Notes under the pieces: model-generated
The model's database searches: none
What the model was told of the DNA's origin: nothing
Seen by the model: the letters and a program-made list of their open reading frames with translations, nothing else
Program-made: the position numbers and the translations under genes
Part shown: positions 33,929 through 46,500 of the stretch, piece by piece
Layout of the letters: each line of letters opens with the position of its first letter
Numbering within the stretch: the first letter of the stretch is position 1
Assembly (NCBI GenBank): GCA_010093995.1
Contig: ML992509.1
Coordinates: 953,850-1,017,849, forward strand
DNA length: 64,000 bases
Origin: Elsinoe ampelina
Taxonomy: Eukaryota
Direction of reading: 5' to 3'

Positions 33929-35719
33929 ATGACCTCACTTCAATTGCAGCGTTCCGCCATGGCGCTGAGCTTCAGCTCCAGCAGACCCAAATTGATCAGA
34001 GCCATTGCTGCCCAGACTCACCGAGCACAACAACGGTATATGAGTATCCAGCAACTCGACAACAGTCGAAATGGTAAGTCCACTACCCCTAGCCATCACA
34101 GTCCCCTTCCTACCCCGCCACACCCTTCTCCCTCACCTCCTAAATACCCTCCACTAACCCCTCATCCCAGGCCGCGAACGAATCGTAATCCTCGGCTCAG
34201 GCTGGGCAGGCTACACCCTCTCCCGCGCCCTCAACCACACCAAATACCAAGTCATCGTCGTCTCGCCACGGTCCTACTTCGTCTTCACGCCCCTCCTGGC
34301 CTCCACCTCGGTCGGCACCCTCGAGTTCCGCAACGCCCTCGAGCCCGTGCGCTCGCGCCGCAACAGGACAGAGTTCTTCCAGGGGTGGGCGGACGCGGTG
34401 GATTTCTCGGGGAAGAAATTGCTGATCGAGGAGGCGGTGCATGATCCGGCTCAGGGGTTGGCGTTGACGGGGGAGAGGGACGGGAGAGGGGATGGGAAAG
34501 GGGCGGGGGAGTACGCGGTCAAGAAGGGGGAGTTGGTGAGGAGGGAGAAAGGGGGGATGTTTGAGATGGGGTGGGACAAGTTGGTGGTTGCTGTGGGGTG
34601 TTATAGTCAGACTTTTGGGACCGAGGGGGTGGTGGAGAATGCGTTCTTCTTGAAAGATGTGGGGGATGCGAGGAGGATAAGGAATCGGATGTTGGCGTGT
34701 TTTGAGACGGCGAGTTTGCCGACTACGACGGAGGAGGAGAGGAGGGCTTTGTTGCACTTTGCTGTGGTTGGCGGAGGGCGTGAGTATCTATTTGGAATTG
34801 GGAGAGATGTGTGCTGACAGCGACAGCGACGGGGATCGAGTTCAGTGCGGAGCTACATGATTTGATCAAAGAGGATATGACCAGATTGTATCCCGATTTG
34901 GTCAAGTATCACAAGATCACGGTGTATGATGTGGCACCGCAGATATTATCCATGTTCGACAAGAAGCTGGGGCAGTATGCAGTAGATGCCTTCAAGCGAG
35001 ACGGTATTGAGGTACATACGTCGACGCACATCGAAGAGCTCAGGCCAGGACTACCTGGTCGGAAGCCAGAGGGAGACTGGTCTTCGGCATTCACACTGAA
35101 AGTCAAGGAAGAAGGCGAAGTGGCTGTTGGCATGTGTATCTGGAGCACTGGACTCATGATGAATCCGTTCATTCAGAAGGCATTGGGCGGGGAGATTCAG
35201 GTCTCGAAACAAATGCTGCTGCCAGACCAAGGGGGACAGCCAGTCTACGACACAGCAAAGGCACACTGGAAGATACAGAAACACCCTCGCAGCGGCGCCA
35301 TCATCACCAATGCTCGGCTTCAACCACTGCTGACTGAGAACGAAGCTACAGATCCGAAACAACCACACGCTTCGTTCAAAGACGTCTTTGCCTTGGGTGA
35401 TTGCGCCAGTATAGAAGGCACATCGCTACCAGCGACTGCGCAAGTGGCCAACCAAAAGGCGAAGTGGTTGGCGAAGAGACTGAACAAGGGGGACATTCAA
35501 CGGAGCGAGTTCACTTTCAGGGATCTTGGGGCAATGGCTTATATCGGTAATTGGAATGCTATCATGCAGAGCGGAGGTCAGGATATCAGTGGGTTCGCGG
35601 CCTGGGTTATTTGGAGAGGGGCGTATCTGGCAAAGACGGTGAGCTGGCGGAACAGGATATTGATTGCGACATATTGGTGTGTGAATTTCTTGTTTGGCAG
35701 AGATATTTCGAGGTTCTAG
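33929..35719 (+). CDS. Type II (alternative, rotenone-insensitive) mitochondrial NAD(P)H:ubiquinone oxidoreductase (introns 34074-34170, 34780-34826)
   Basis: Presequence-like N-terminus; IVILGSGWAG, FVFTPLLAS, FFLKDVGDA, spliced VVGGGPTGIEF, FALGDCA, PATAQVANQ, LGAMAYIG and FGRDISRF. Confidence 0.93.
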
Positions 35720-36581
35720 GAAAGGGGTTTGGGCAGCATTTACGACAGCATCTGGCAGGTCACAGGTAGGGCTTGCAGGACAGTATTAGCTGGGCACTAT
35801 CAGTGTGACAAGGCTGAGACAGAGGTCGACAGGGAATTGAGTTGTATTAGCGGTCGCAAAGCAGAGCAATTGTTGGTGTACATTTAATGTAGCAATATTG
35901 TCAATGCTCAAATCAACGTCCGTTGAAACGTGAAGGACGAAAATCGCATGTGAAGCTCTCCATCGCATTTTCATGGTTCGCTTCAACCTTCCGGACGCGC
36001 ATCATCGTCAGCGGCTCTTTTTGTCGTCCCACCGGTCGCATCCATGGATCGATGATCGGCGCCATCTTCTGCTAGGCTCCCCAGATCAGCCGCTCAAGCT
36101 TTCTGTGCTCAACCATTTCGGCGAATCGCAAAGAGCTTCCTCTCTGCTAGCCTGATCTTCTGCCGTTTCTTGCTTGCCATGCGGCCTCGTTCCTGGCCGG
36201 CTAGTCAGGCCGCTGCACACAGGCTGCGAGCTATCTGACCGCCGTGTCACCGCGCCTTGTAATAGCTCTGAGAAAACTTTGCCGTCTTTCTGCTTGTGCT
36301 ATTGTTTCCATTCCCATCTCGAATCCCAGTCGCTCTTGCCGCGCAACGCAACGCCTGATCACCATTACATCCGTCCCACGAAAGCCGACTTTGATCATGC
36401 CTCAACACTCTCCATAATCCTTCCAAGTATCCTGCAGCCGTGAGCTAGCTGATCGACAGCTCTACCATTCATTAGGTCGCATCTTTACCGAGCAATTGTC
36501 GACTGTCAGATACCAATTCCTATCACTACCCCAATTCGATACCCCGCAGTAGATCGCCAATTGATCAGGAGCTCGTCCATC

Positions 36582-39500
36582 ATGGCTCCGTTGCAGCAGC
36601 GTACTCAGGACGTCTACCTGCTTCCTCTCCGCGATGACGGCTCTCCAGACATCTCCGGCGACTACATCTACCTCCCGCCATGCACGCATCCGAACTACAA
36701 GATCAGGTTCCAGATTGAGGGGACAAGCTCAGTATGCAGGCAGGGCAGTCTGTGGGTGAACATACCGCCAAAGGGCGAGGTCTTCAACAGGCAAAAGTAC
36801 CACGAGTACAAGTGAGTTCTTCCCATCCAATTGCAGATGCCAATGGCTGACGGAGGACCAGACTCGAGCCCAACTTCAATCGTCCCATAGAAATCGACGT
36901 ACCTGTTCCTCACGCCGGAGCATTCGCCTATTACCTTACCTACACTCCTCTCCCGAAGCTGTTCCACAAGTCTGGAGACGTACCAGAACCCACAAAGACC
37001 AAGACCTACTACATCGATGTCACGCCACATCTCACAGTGCAGAAGTCGACTCTGCCCCTCAATGCCCTTTCGATTATCTCATGTCTGTCAAAGTTCATGG
37101 GCAAGTACCCGCAAGATTGGACCAAGCATCTCAATGGCATTAGTGAGCGGGGATACAACATGGTCCACTTTACGCCCTTGATGACCAGAGGAGACTCCAA
37201 CTCGCCGTATAGTCTCTACGACCAACTTACCTTCGACAAGGAGGTCTTTCCCAAGGGCGAGGCTGACATTCAAGAGCTGATCAGCACAATGGAGAACGAC
37301 CATGGTTTACTCGCCCTCACAGATGTCGTCTGGAACCACACGGCGAACAACAGCAAGTGGTTAGAAGAGCATCCGGATGCCGGTTACAACTTGAAGACTG
37401 CACCCTGGTTGAGGTCCGCCTACGAGCTCGACAGCGCACTGCTGTCATATAGCAGCGAGCTGAAGAGTCGAGGACTTCCCACGACGCTCGGCTCAGTAGA
37501 CGATCTCCTCAAGATTATGGACGGCCTCAAGACGCATGTCATTGGCGCCACAAAACTTTGGGAATTCTATGTCTGTAATGTCGAGAAGGATTCGGCAGCC
37601 ACCGTCTCTGCGTGGACCAAAAACGATATCAAATTCCCTGATGATGGCGGCGACTTGACTGGAGTCGCTGATTGGCCACTCAAGCAGAAGGCGGACTGGC
37701 TAATCAAGAACGCTCTCCGCGGTGCAGATCGAATGGGCGAACGATTTCGAAGAAAGCTTGATCCTCAGATCGCTGCTAGCCTTCTCCAAGCTCTTTTCGG
37801 CAAGTACAACACAAAGGTCAACAGCGCCGGCGACGAGCGTACCGCGTACGGTACTATCCACCGCTTCATCAACGAAGTCAACCTCGCGTACTACCGAGAG
37901 TACGACGCTGATGTGGCCGAGATCATGGAGCAGGTGTTCAACAGGGTCAAGTACATGCGTCTGGATGAGCATGGTCCCAAGCTTGGTCCCATCACAATCG
38001 ACAACCCGCTCATCGAATCGTACTTCACCCGGCTGCCAGTCAATGCTACCACCAAGCAGCACGATCCAGATGAGCTTGCTCTTGCCAACAATGGTTGGGT
38101 CTGGGCTGCTGATGTACTGAAGGACAATGCTGGACCGAGATCCCGTGCCTACCTACGCAGAGAGATCATACCATGGGGCGACTGCGTCAAGCTGAGGTAC
38201 GGCGAGAAGCCGGAGGACAGTCCGTTCTTGTGGGGGTTCATGGCAGAGTACACCAAGCTCATGGCCAAGCACTTTCACGGGTTCCGCATTGACAATTGCC
38301 ATTCGACACCACTTCATCTCGCAGAGTACATGCTGGACCAAGGTCGAAGTGTTCGTCCGGAACTGGTCGTTATGGCCGAGCTGTTCTCGGGCAACGAGCA
38401 AATGGACTACCTCTACGTCGAACGCCTTGGTATCTCCTGCCTGATCCGCGAAGCCATGCAAGTTTGGAGCACACAAGAGATGAGCAAGCTTGTCCACAAG
38501 CACTGCGGACGACCCATTGGAAGCTTTGAGGTAGACGCCCTTGCCAGCTCCGAGAAGAATCCTGTGCAAACCAACGGTAGCACCAACGGAGCTGCACCGG
38601 CTGTCAAGGAAGTTCTTCACACCATCCGCAGTGCCGAGGTACATGCCCTGCTTATGGACTGCACTCACGACAACGAGCTTCCAGCTCAAAGACGTGATGC
38701 GAGAGATACCCTGCCCAATGCCGCACTCGTGGCCATGTGTGCCAGCTCCATCGGCAGTGTCTTCGGCTACGACGAGGTCTACCCTCAGCTGATCGAGCTA
38801 GTCCACGAGACCAGACCGTATCAATCACCATACTCCACCGGCAACAAAGTACAAACTGGTCCAGGTCAGGGCATCGGCAACATAAAGAGGCTGCTAAACC
38901 AGCTTCACACGATCATGGGCAAGGACGGCTACCACGAGACTCATGTGCATCATGAGGGCGAGTACATAACAGTACACCGCGTGCATCCACAGTCCCGCAA
39001 GGGCTACTACTTGATCGCCCATACCGCATTCCCTGGCTATGGCAACGGCAATGCTGGCTTTCCTTCGCAGTTCCTGGCTGGCACCAAGGTGTCCCTCATG
39101 GGTGCCTGGAATCTCGAAGTGGATCAGAGCAACGAGGCCAAGCAAGCTGCAATCAACGACAAGGTGCTTCGTGGACTACCTGCCAACACCAAGGACCTCC
39201 GAAACATCCGCATCGAGAACCAGGGCGATGATACCACTATTCACATTCCGGAGAAGTTCCCGCCCGGCAGTATCGCCATCTTCGAGACTTGGATTCCAGG
39301 GGCCGAGAGATCGGATGGCCTTGACAAGTACGTCATGTCCGGAGCGAAGGAGGCGTTTGCTCAATGCAACTTGATTGATCTCAGCGCAATCCTCTACAGA
39401 GCCGACTCGGAGGAGCGTGCCGCGAGTGGTGGTAGTGATGGCACCTACGCCATTCCGAACATGGGCGCAATGGTCTACTGTGGTCTGCAAGGCTGGCAAA

Positions 39501-41321
39501 GTGCCCTCCGCGATGTCGTGGCTTCGAATGATCTTGGTCATCCCATCTGTGATCACCTCCGTCAAGGACAGTGGGCACTGGACTACACCGTCGGCCGTTT
39601 GGAGAAGCTCGCGAAGCAGCAAGGCTACGAACACCTCCATCAGCCAGCTGCGTGGTTGAAGGAACGCTTTGACGCAATTCGCAAGGTGCCAAACTTCCTC
39701 CTACCACGATACTTTGCGCTCGTCATCCAGACTGCATACAAGGCTGCCTACGAACGAGGTATCGAGCAGATGTCAGGCAACATTCGAAAGGGTTCCAAGT
39801 TCCTCAAAAGTCTGTCCATGGTCAGCGTTCAGCTTACCGGTTTCATGCCCAATGCTTCGCTCTGGCCAGACAAGCTAGTTCCTTCGCTTGCGGCTGGCCT
39901 TCCCCACTTCGCACAAGACTGGGCTCGCTGCTGGGGAAGAGACATCTGCATCGCGATGCGTGGTCTTCTGCTCTGCACTGGTCGCTTCGATGACGCTCGC
40001 GAACATCTCATCGCCTTCGCAAGTGTGGTCAAGCACGGCATGATCCCCAACTTGCTCGGCTCAGGCAAACTTCCTCGTTACAACTCTCGCGATTCTGTCT
40101 GGTTCTTCCTTGAGAACGTCCAGGACTACATTCGCCTGTCTCCGGAAGGTACTGACTTCCTGAAGGTCGAGGTTCCTCGGCGCTTCTTGCCTTACGATGA
40201 TACCTGGTTCGCTCACGACGATCCTCGAGCTTACTCCAAGACCTCGACTATCGAAGATGTCATCCAGGAGTGTCTCCAGCGCCATGCTTCGGGCATGCAC
40301 TTCCGCGAGTACAATGCTGGCCCTGGCATTGATTCTCAAATGCGGGATGCTGGTTTCAACATCGACATTGAGGTTGATTGGAAGACTGGCATCATCTTTG
40401 GCGGCAACGAGTGGAACTGCGGTACCTGGATGGACAAGATGGGCGAGTCTGAAAAGGCCGGTTCGAAGGGTGTTCCAGGTACTTCCCGTGATGGTGCGCC
40501 AGTCGAGATAACAGGTCTGCTGTACTCCTGTCTGAAGTGGGTCGACTCGCTCGGTGCTGCTGGCAAGTTCAAGCATACCGGTGTTTCAACATCAGCTGGC
40601 AAGGATGTCACCTTCAAGGACTGGGCGGGCCTGATTCGGAACAACTTTGAGCGCTGCTACTTTGTTCCTGTCGACGCTTCCGAGGACAACAAATTTGATG
40701 TCAACCCCAAGATTATCAACAAGCGTGGTATCTACAAGGACGTCTACCGATGCTCCAAGGAATACCGAGACTACCAACTCCGACCCAACTTCCCCATCGC
40801 CATGTGTGTCGCACCCGATCTGTTCGAGCTCGACCACGCTTTGGCTGCACTTGCAAAGGCAGATGAGAAGCTCCTCGGTCCTACTGGTATGTCGACTCTG
40901 GACCCTGACGATCTCGAGTACCGACCCAACTACATCAACTCGGAGGACTCGACGGACTTCCACACAAGCAAGGGTCGCAACTACCACCAAGGTCCAGAGT
41001 GGCTCTGGCCTCGCGGCTACTACCTGCGAGCACTGCTGAAGATGGAATTGAAGAGGGCCAAGACCAGCGAGGAGAGAATCGAAGCTTTCCAACAAGTCAC
41101 GAGGAGACTGGAGGGCTGCAGGGAGATGATCAAGAACACGCCTTGGAGAGGTCTGACGGAGCTGACCAACAAGGCAGGAAGCTTCTGTGGTGACTCGGTA
41201 AGTCTGCTCACTCTTTGATACGATACTTGTTGCTAACAGATCGCAGTGCCCTACTCAAGCTTGGTCAGCTAGTTGTTTGATCGATCTTTACCAAGACGCG
41301 AGCAAATATGAGATGTCTTGA
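36582..41321 (+). CDS. GDB1: Glycogen debranching enzyme (4-alpha-glucanotransferase / amylo-1,6-glucosidase; introns 36812-36861, 41198-41246)
   Basis: GYNMVHFTPL, DVVWNHTA, GFRIDNCHSTP, MDCTHDNE, WARCWGRD, TWMDKMGES and YHQGPEW. Spliced end FCGDS-CPTQAWS. Confidence 0.97.
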
Positions 41322-41739
41322 GGTTAGCATTGCATCATATGGTTACGGTCCGGAGGAAGATCTGGCACGGAGTAAGCAAAGATGGCGGAAGTCCCTAAGA
41401 AAAGCGACAGTAAATAGACTTTGATATTGGTATACCACCTGTGAACCATTCTACAGTATTGCAGAAGCAAATCAGTTGTCTCTTTGTATCATCAGCGAGC
41501 ACATGCCACGAATCGCTGCTGCCGCCGTTCTCGGCAAGATCCGCTTTCTGACCGCAAAAACGACAAAGTCGAAAGCGTGCTCGCTGCGTCACAAAAAGTC
41601 AGAAACTTGAATCCATCAATCCGACCTCACCAACCTCTTCTTTCTCGACCTTTCTCGCTGAAACGAATCATTCACGACCTGAACGCGATCACGAATCTCC
41701 CGTTACGATCGCATTCAACATGCTGCAGCTGCGCTTATA

Positions 41740-43837
41740 ATGTTTCGCTACGTGAGCATTTCTGCCGACGTCGCAGGCCCGAGCAGGACTTTTGCAGCGA
41801 GATACACCATAATCCGGAGCCGGGAAGTAGGGAACGGTCTCAGAGTTGCTGGACCTTCGAGTCCACTGAGGATAGCTTTGCACAATGCACGCGGGCTACA
41901 GACGGCGTCGCGATGGCACGGGCAAGACATGCTCGGTCGCGGACGGGCGGCGATAGCAAGAGGAGATGCGCCGGAAGCTGGAGGAGCGGTTTTGAGACGG
42001 ACAAGACAAGCACAAGAGACGGCGACACAAAGACGGACATTCAGGACCTCGCGAATACTCCAGGAGGAGCGCAACAGCCGCAATACACCCTCCGAGCAAA
42101 AGCGACATGATCTTCCAGAGCAGCGACCCGATCCCAGCCCCGATCAACATCCCCATGGGATCCTCGATCGCCTTCCTCATATTCATCGTCCGACGAAAGA
42201 AGAGCTCCTCGCTGCGGCGACTGGGTTTTGGCACCGGCTCGGCATCAGATTCAAGTGGTTCTCGATACGCAGCGGGCGGCCCTTTAACACGGACGAGATT
42301 GGAGCGTTCGTGTCGTGGGTTTTCCTGGGACATATTATTTGGGTCATCGTGGGGACGACGACGTTCTTCTCGATTGCGATCTTTGCGGTGAACACGGTGT
42401 TTGCGCAGGAGACGTTGGCTGGTTGGGTGGGGAATTATCTCACCAATTCGTCCGGTGTCAAGGTTGTGTTTGAGTCGGCCATCGTGCCGAAATGGGGGAG
42501 CGGGGTGATCACGTTCAGGAACGTGTTCGTCTCCAGGAGACCCGGGCAGGGAAAGGCGAATGTGACGAAAGGATCATCGACGAGTGCGGCGGCTGCGGCG
42601 GCGGCGGCGAGAGCGAAGGAGAGTGGAGAGCATGTGGAAGAGCAGGAAGATACGAATTACACGCAGTATGATCTGTCGTTTGATACGGTTAACGTGACGT
42701 TGTCATTTGCGAAGTGGTTCAATGGGAAGGGACTGTTGAGGGATGTGGATATCAAGGGAGTGAGAGGAGTGGTGGACCGAACGAGCGTACAGCCTGGGGA
42801 TCCGAGCATCGATCCACGGTCGTATCGACATGAACACAATACCGGCGACTTTGAGATCGACAGCTTCAAGCTCGAAGATCTCCTCGTCACAGTCTACCAA
42901 CCCAACAACTTCCGCCCCTTCTCCGTCAGCATCTACTCCTGCGAACTCCCTCGCCTGCGCAAACAATTCCTCTTCTATGACCTCATGTCCGCCAACATGA
43001 TGTCCGGCTCCTTCGACGACTCCCTATTCACCATCCACCCACGCCAAACCCACAACCACACCGGTCTCCGCTTCGACAACGACTCTGACGACGCCAGCAT
43101 CTGGAAGAAACACTCCCGCATCCGCGTCGACGGGCTCAAAATCGACCATTTGAACCGCGGTGTGGAGGGCCCCTTCTCATGGATCCACGAGGGAAACGTC
43201 GACATTGTAGCCGACATCATGTTTCCCAACGACCAAGACGGGAGCATCGCAAAGGTCATGTCAGATTTCTACGACCGCATGGAGGCGACCGTGACGAGCC
43301 ACGGGTACCTCCACACGACACACCAGCACGATACAAGCGATCACCACGACTCCGCCTCTGTGGCCGAAGACACACCTGCAGAAGACAACCGGTTCATCGT
43401 AATGGATCTGCGGGTGCACATGAATGACGTGCGCGCCGCGGTACCTCTCTTCAACAAGGACCTGAGTTACGTGAACAATGCGCTGATCAGGCCCATCGTG
43501 GCGTACATCAATTCGAAAAAGACATTCATCCCGGTGAACTGCAGGGTAGTCAAGCGGACGAGTGAATTCGATGGGAGCTGGACGATTTTCGACAGTGGGT
43601 TGTTGGAGGATTTGTCGAGAGAGGTGAGTCCCCCCTGACCAACCACTACTTCCCGGCTAGGACCGGGTGGGAGGGTAGATGTGAGGACGTGGCTGACAGA
43701 TACAGACCTATGAGGCTTTTGCTCGCGACGTGGTGGATGGCACGCAGCGGACGAGGCGGTTGAAGAAGGTCGGGTTGTGGACGATACAGTTGGCTGCTCA
43801 GGCGCTGTTTATTGGGCTGGCTGGGCAGTTGGCGTAG
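41740..43837 (+). CDS. MDM31: Mitochondrial distribution and morphology protein 31/32 family (intron 43624-43705)
   Basis: Arg-rich presequence; RFKWFSIRSGRPFNTDEI, GTTTFFS, VVFESAIVPKW, SYVNNALIRPIVAYIN and FDGSWT. Spliced tail TYEAFARDV...RRLKKVGLW. Confidence 0.93.
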
Positions 43838-44158
43838 GGTGCTTGGTGGTGATGGGGAAATGTACCTGGGATCGATCTGGGATTATGGTTTAGAGCATGG
43901 CGTTGGCGTTGGGAAAAGAGGGTGGCGAGAGGCCGTTCACGGAAGGTCGATCGTCTGCGTTTGTACCTGGTTGTAGTGTATGAAGGACTCTCACCTACGG
44001 AGCGCGAGCTCATCTCACTTGGCGAAACGTGATCGGCAAGTGAGATGAGCGTCCCTTGCGTCGTCAACCTCACGAACACCTTTCTCACAGGAACGGAGCA
44101 GCCCCTTGCTTCGACCAAGGTACAGTGTTTCCTCAACCTCAATCTCGCTCTCCCATTC

Positions 44159-44182
44159 CCTCCTCCTCCTCCTCCTCCTCCT
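44159..44182 (+). repeat. (CCT)8 microsatellite just upstream of the GT8 start codon
   Basis: Eight perfect CCT units read directly from the sequence. Confidence 0.9.
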
Positions 44183-44206
44183 CCCTCAAACCACCACACA
44201 ATCAAA

Positions 44207-45274
44207 ATGTCCTACTCCCCCAAACCCATCATCCTCTGCCTCTCCCTCTTCCTCCTCTCCGCCCTCCTCACCTGGTCCTGGCAACACCCCACCACCCCTC
44301 CCTCCCCCTTCGCCCCCTCCCCACCCCACTCCTCCTCACGCCCGCGCTTCGCCTTCGCCACCTTCCTCGCCGCCAACGCCAACCCCGCCGCCAACCCGGA
44401 CCAGCTCTCCGACGACGAAGACGGCTACTTCCTCGGCGCCCGCGTCCTGACGTACCAACTCCTCCACTCGCCCGTGACGGGCACCAACCTCTCCCTGCCC
44501 TTCGTGGTGCTGGTCACGCCGGACGTGGCGGCGCGCAAGACGGCGCGGTTGCGGGCCGACGGGGCGACGGTGGTTCAGGTGCCGAGGGTGGAGAATGGGT
44601 GGATCAAGGCCGCGGATCCGAGGTGGAGGGATGTGATGACCAAGTTGAGGTTGTGGGAGTTGACGCAGTATGAGAAGGTTTGTTTCGTGGATGCCGATAC
44701 GTTGGTCACGGGGAGGTTGGATGAGGTGTTTTGGGATGAGGGGACGGTGTTGAGGCATACGAGACCGGAGGGGGGAAAGGGGCAAGGGGGGGAGCGGGAG
44801 GAGCACCCTGATGAGGGATCTTTGCCGAGGAATTATATGTTTGCGGCCCATGTGGACAGTTGGGGGTATGAGCATGTTTGGCCGCCGCCGCTGGATGTGG
44901 AGTATTTCAATGTGGGGTTTTTCTGCTTCAGGCCAGATAGGGAGGTGTTCGAGTACTACCAGAGAGTGGCTGGGTTGGAGGGGAGGTTTGATCCCGGCAT
45001 GCCGGAGCAGAATCTTTTGAATTACGCCCATAGAAGAGGTGGAGCCATGCCATGGGCGAGGTTGTGGGAGGGATGGAACGTGAATTGGCCAACAGAAAAG
45101 GACTATAGAAGGGGAGTGCACAGCTTCCACGCAAAGTACTGGGATGGCGATCCGAGTCATGATCGAGTGCTGAAGGCGATCTGGAGGGAGCAGAGAGCGG
45201 AAATGGAAGGCTACTGGCGAGGTAGAGAAAATAGAGAAGGCCGGCTGGGAGGTATGCTAGGTTCTGGGTTGTGA
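44207..45274 (+). CDS. Glycosyltransferase family 8 protein with N-terminal signal anchor
   Basis: FAFATFL, TKLRLWELTQYEKVCFVDAD (DxD), YFNVGFF, PEQNLLNY, HAKYW. Hydrophobic N-terminus after MSYSPKP. Confidence 0.9.
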   Translation: MSYSPKPIILCLSLFLLSALLTWSWQHPTTPPSPFAPSPPHSSSRPRFAFATFLAANANPAANPDQLSDDEDGYFLGARVLTYQLLHSPVTGTNLSLPFVVLVTPDVAARKTARLRADGATVVQVPRVENGWIKAADPRWRDVMTKLRLWELTQYEKVCFVDADTLVTGRLDEVFWDEGTVLRHTRPEGGKGQGGEREEHPDEGSLPRNYMFAAHVDSWGYEHVWPPPLDVEYFNVGFFCFRPDREVFEYYQRVAGLEGRFDPGMPEQNLLNYAHRRGGAMPWARLWEGWNVNWPTEKDYRRGVHSFHAKYWDGDPSHDRVLKAIWREQRAEMEGYWRGRENREGRLGGMLGSGL

Positions 45275-45300
45275 CCAAACGACCTGAGCGTACATCAAAT

Positions 45301-46500
45301 CTATGAGTCTAATGCAATAGCTTTCGCGCTCAAGAACGCTTTCCAAATCGCCATGCTTACAGCAGGGTATCCCATGGTCCAGTCGTGAAGCCCATGGTCT
45401 AGAATATGCTGTCTGAGCGTACCCTTTGTGTAGTCCTTTTCTACCACCCAGCCTCCAGCACCAAGAGACTTCCTGTCGTTGTGTTTGATCTCGTCAAGCT
45501 CGACCTCATTCCTCGTGATGTTTTCAGCTGCGTTGACGGCAGTCCAGTACAGCTCCTCGCTGTGAGACCAGGGGATGTCGTAATCGTCCTTGGCATGAAT
45601 TGCTGTGACATGGTACTGCGCCTTCGAGCTTGCTGATGCTTGGCAATGCCGCACGAACTCGGCGAGCGTGTCCTTGCTCGGAAACTTGGTCTCGATGAAG
45701 CGAGCGAAAAAGTCCATGAGCACCGGGAATCGAGCGAGTGGAGAGAGTATTGGTATCGTTCCCGCAACCTTGTAGGTGGCAGTCAGCGTCTTTACATCCG
45801 AGAATGGGGCCACCATGACCAGTCCTCTGAGATAAATAGGCTCAGGGCGAGATGCTAATTGACGCATGAGAGATATCGCCACAGCAGTGCCAAGTGACTG
45901 GCTGAAAATGACGATCTTCTCAGGAGGAATTCCAGCCGTATTCATGGCCCAGTCCGCAAGAGTCAAAGCATCGGTCACCAGACCTTGTTCTGAAGGAGAT
46001 CCAGTGCTGGTACCGAAGCCCCTGTAGTCCACCGACATGATATGAATCCTGTCGGGGGCCATGGCGGAGATTGCACGGTAGCTTTGGGGCCTGTGACCAG
46101 AACCCAGAGTTCCAGCCGCACCATGCAGATAAACCACGAGCAATGCATTCGGATCATGTTTCAGTATGTCGAAGGATCGCCTCTTTTCGATGTCGAAGAT
46201 CTGTCCAGACGGCTCCTCGAGAAGCCCCTTCTCATGCCGTCGGTAGACTTCCAAAGGCAAGATATGCCACGCGTGTAGGGTCTCCCCATCCGGTGTCTTG
46301 AGGTTGAAAGGCGTGATCTGATTATGGAGAAAGCCCCATTGTTCCGGCAGATTCACGTCCTTGCCCCATGTAAGCTTGACATTGTGAAGATAGATGGCTT
46401 GGTTCTGAAACCAGGGCACTGTGAGCAAGCCCAAGAAGACAAAGTACAGGCCGGTAGATGCAGCAATGGCAAAGACGGTGGCTCCAACCACACCGGCCAT
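45301..46500 (-). CDS. Alpha/beta-hydrolase, ABHD12-like membrane-anchored lipase
   Basis: N-terminal TM segment; TPDGETLHAWHI, YLHGAAG, VDYRGFGTSTGSPSEQG; nucleophile SQSLG; HAKDD; GLH. Confidence 0.88.
   Translation of the reverse strand: MAGVVGATVFAIAASTGLYFVFLGLLTVPWFQNQAIYLHNVKLTWGKDVNLPEQWGFLHNQITPFNLKTPDGETLHAWHILPLEVYRRHEKGLLEEPSGQIFDIEKRRSFDILKHDPNALLVVYLHGAAGTLGSGHRPQSYRAISAMAPDRIHIMSVDYRGFGTSTGSPSEQGLVTDALTLADWAMNTAGIPPEKIVIFSQSLGTAVAISLMRQLASRPEPIYLRGLVMVAPFSDVKTLTATYKVAGTIPILSPLARFPVLMDFFARFIETKFPSKDTLAEFVRHCQASASSKAQYHVTAIHAKDDYDIPWSHSEELYWTAVNAAENITRNEVELDEIKHNDRKSLGAGGWVVEKDYTKGTLRQHILDHGLHDWTMGYPAVSMAIWKAFLSAKAIALDS

Noticed and set aside
44207..45274. Glycogenin call for the GT8 gene, forming a glycogen cluster with GDB1
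   Set aside because: The signal anchor points to a secretory-pathway GT8, whereas glycogenin is cytosolic.
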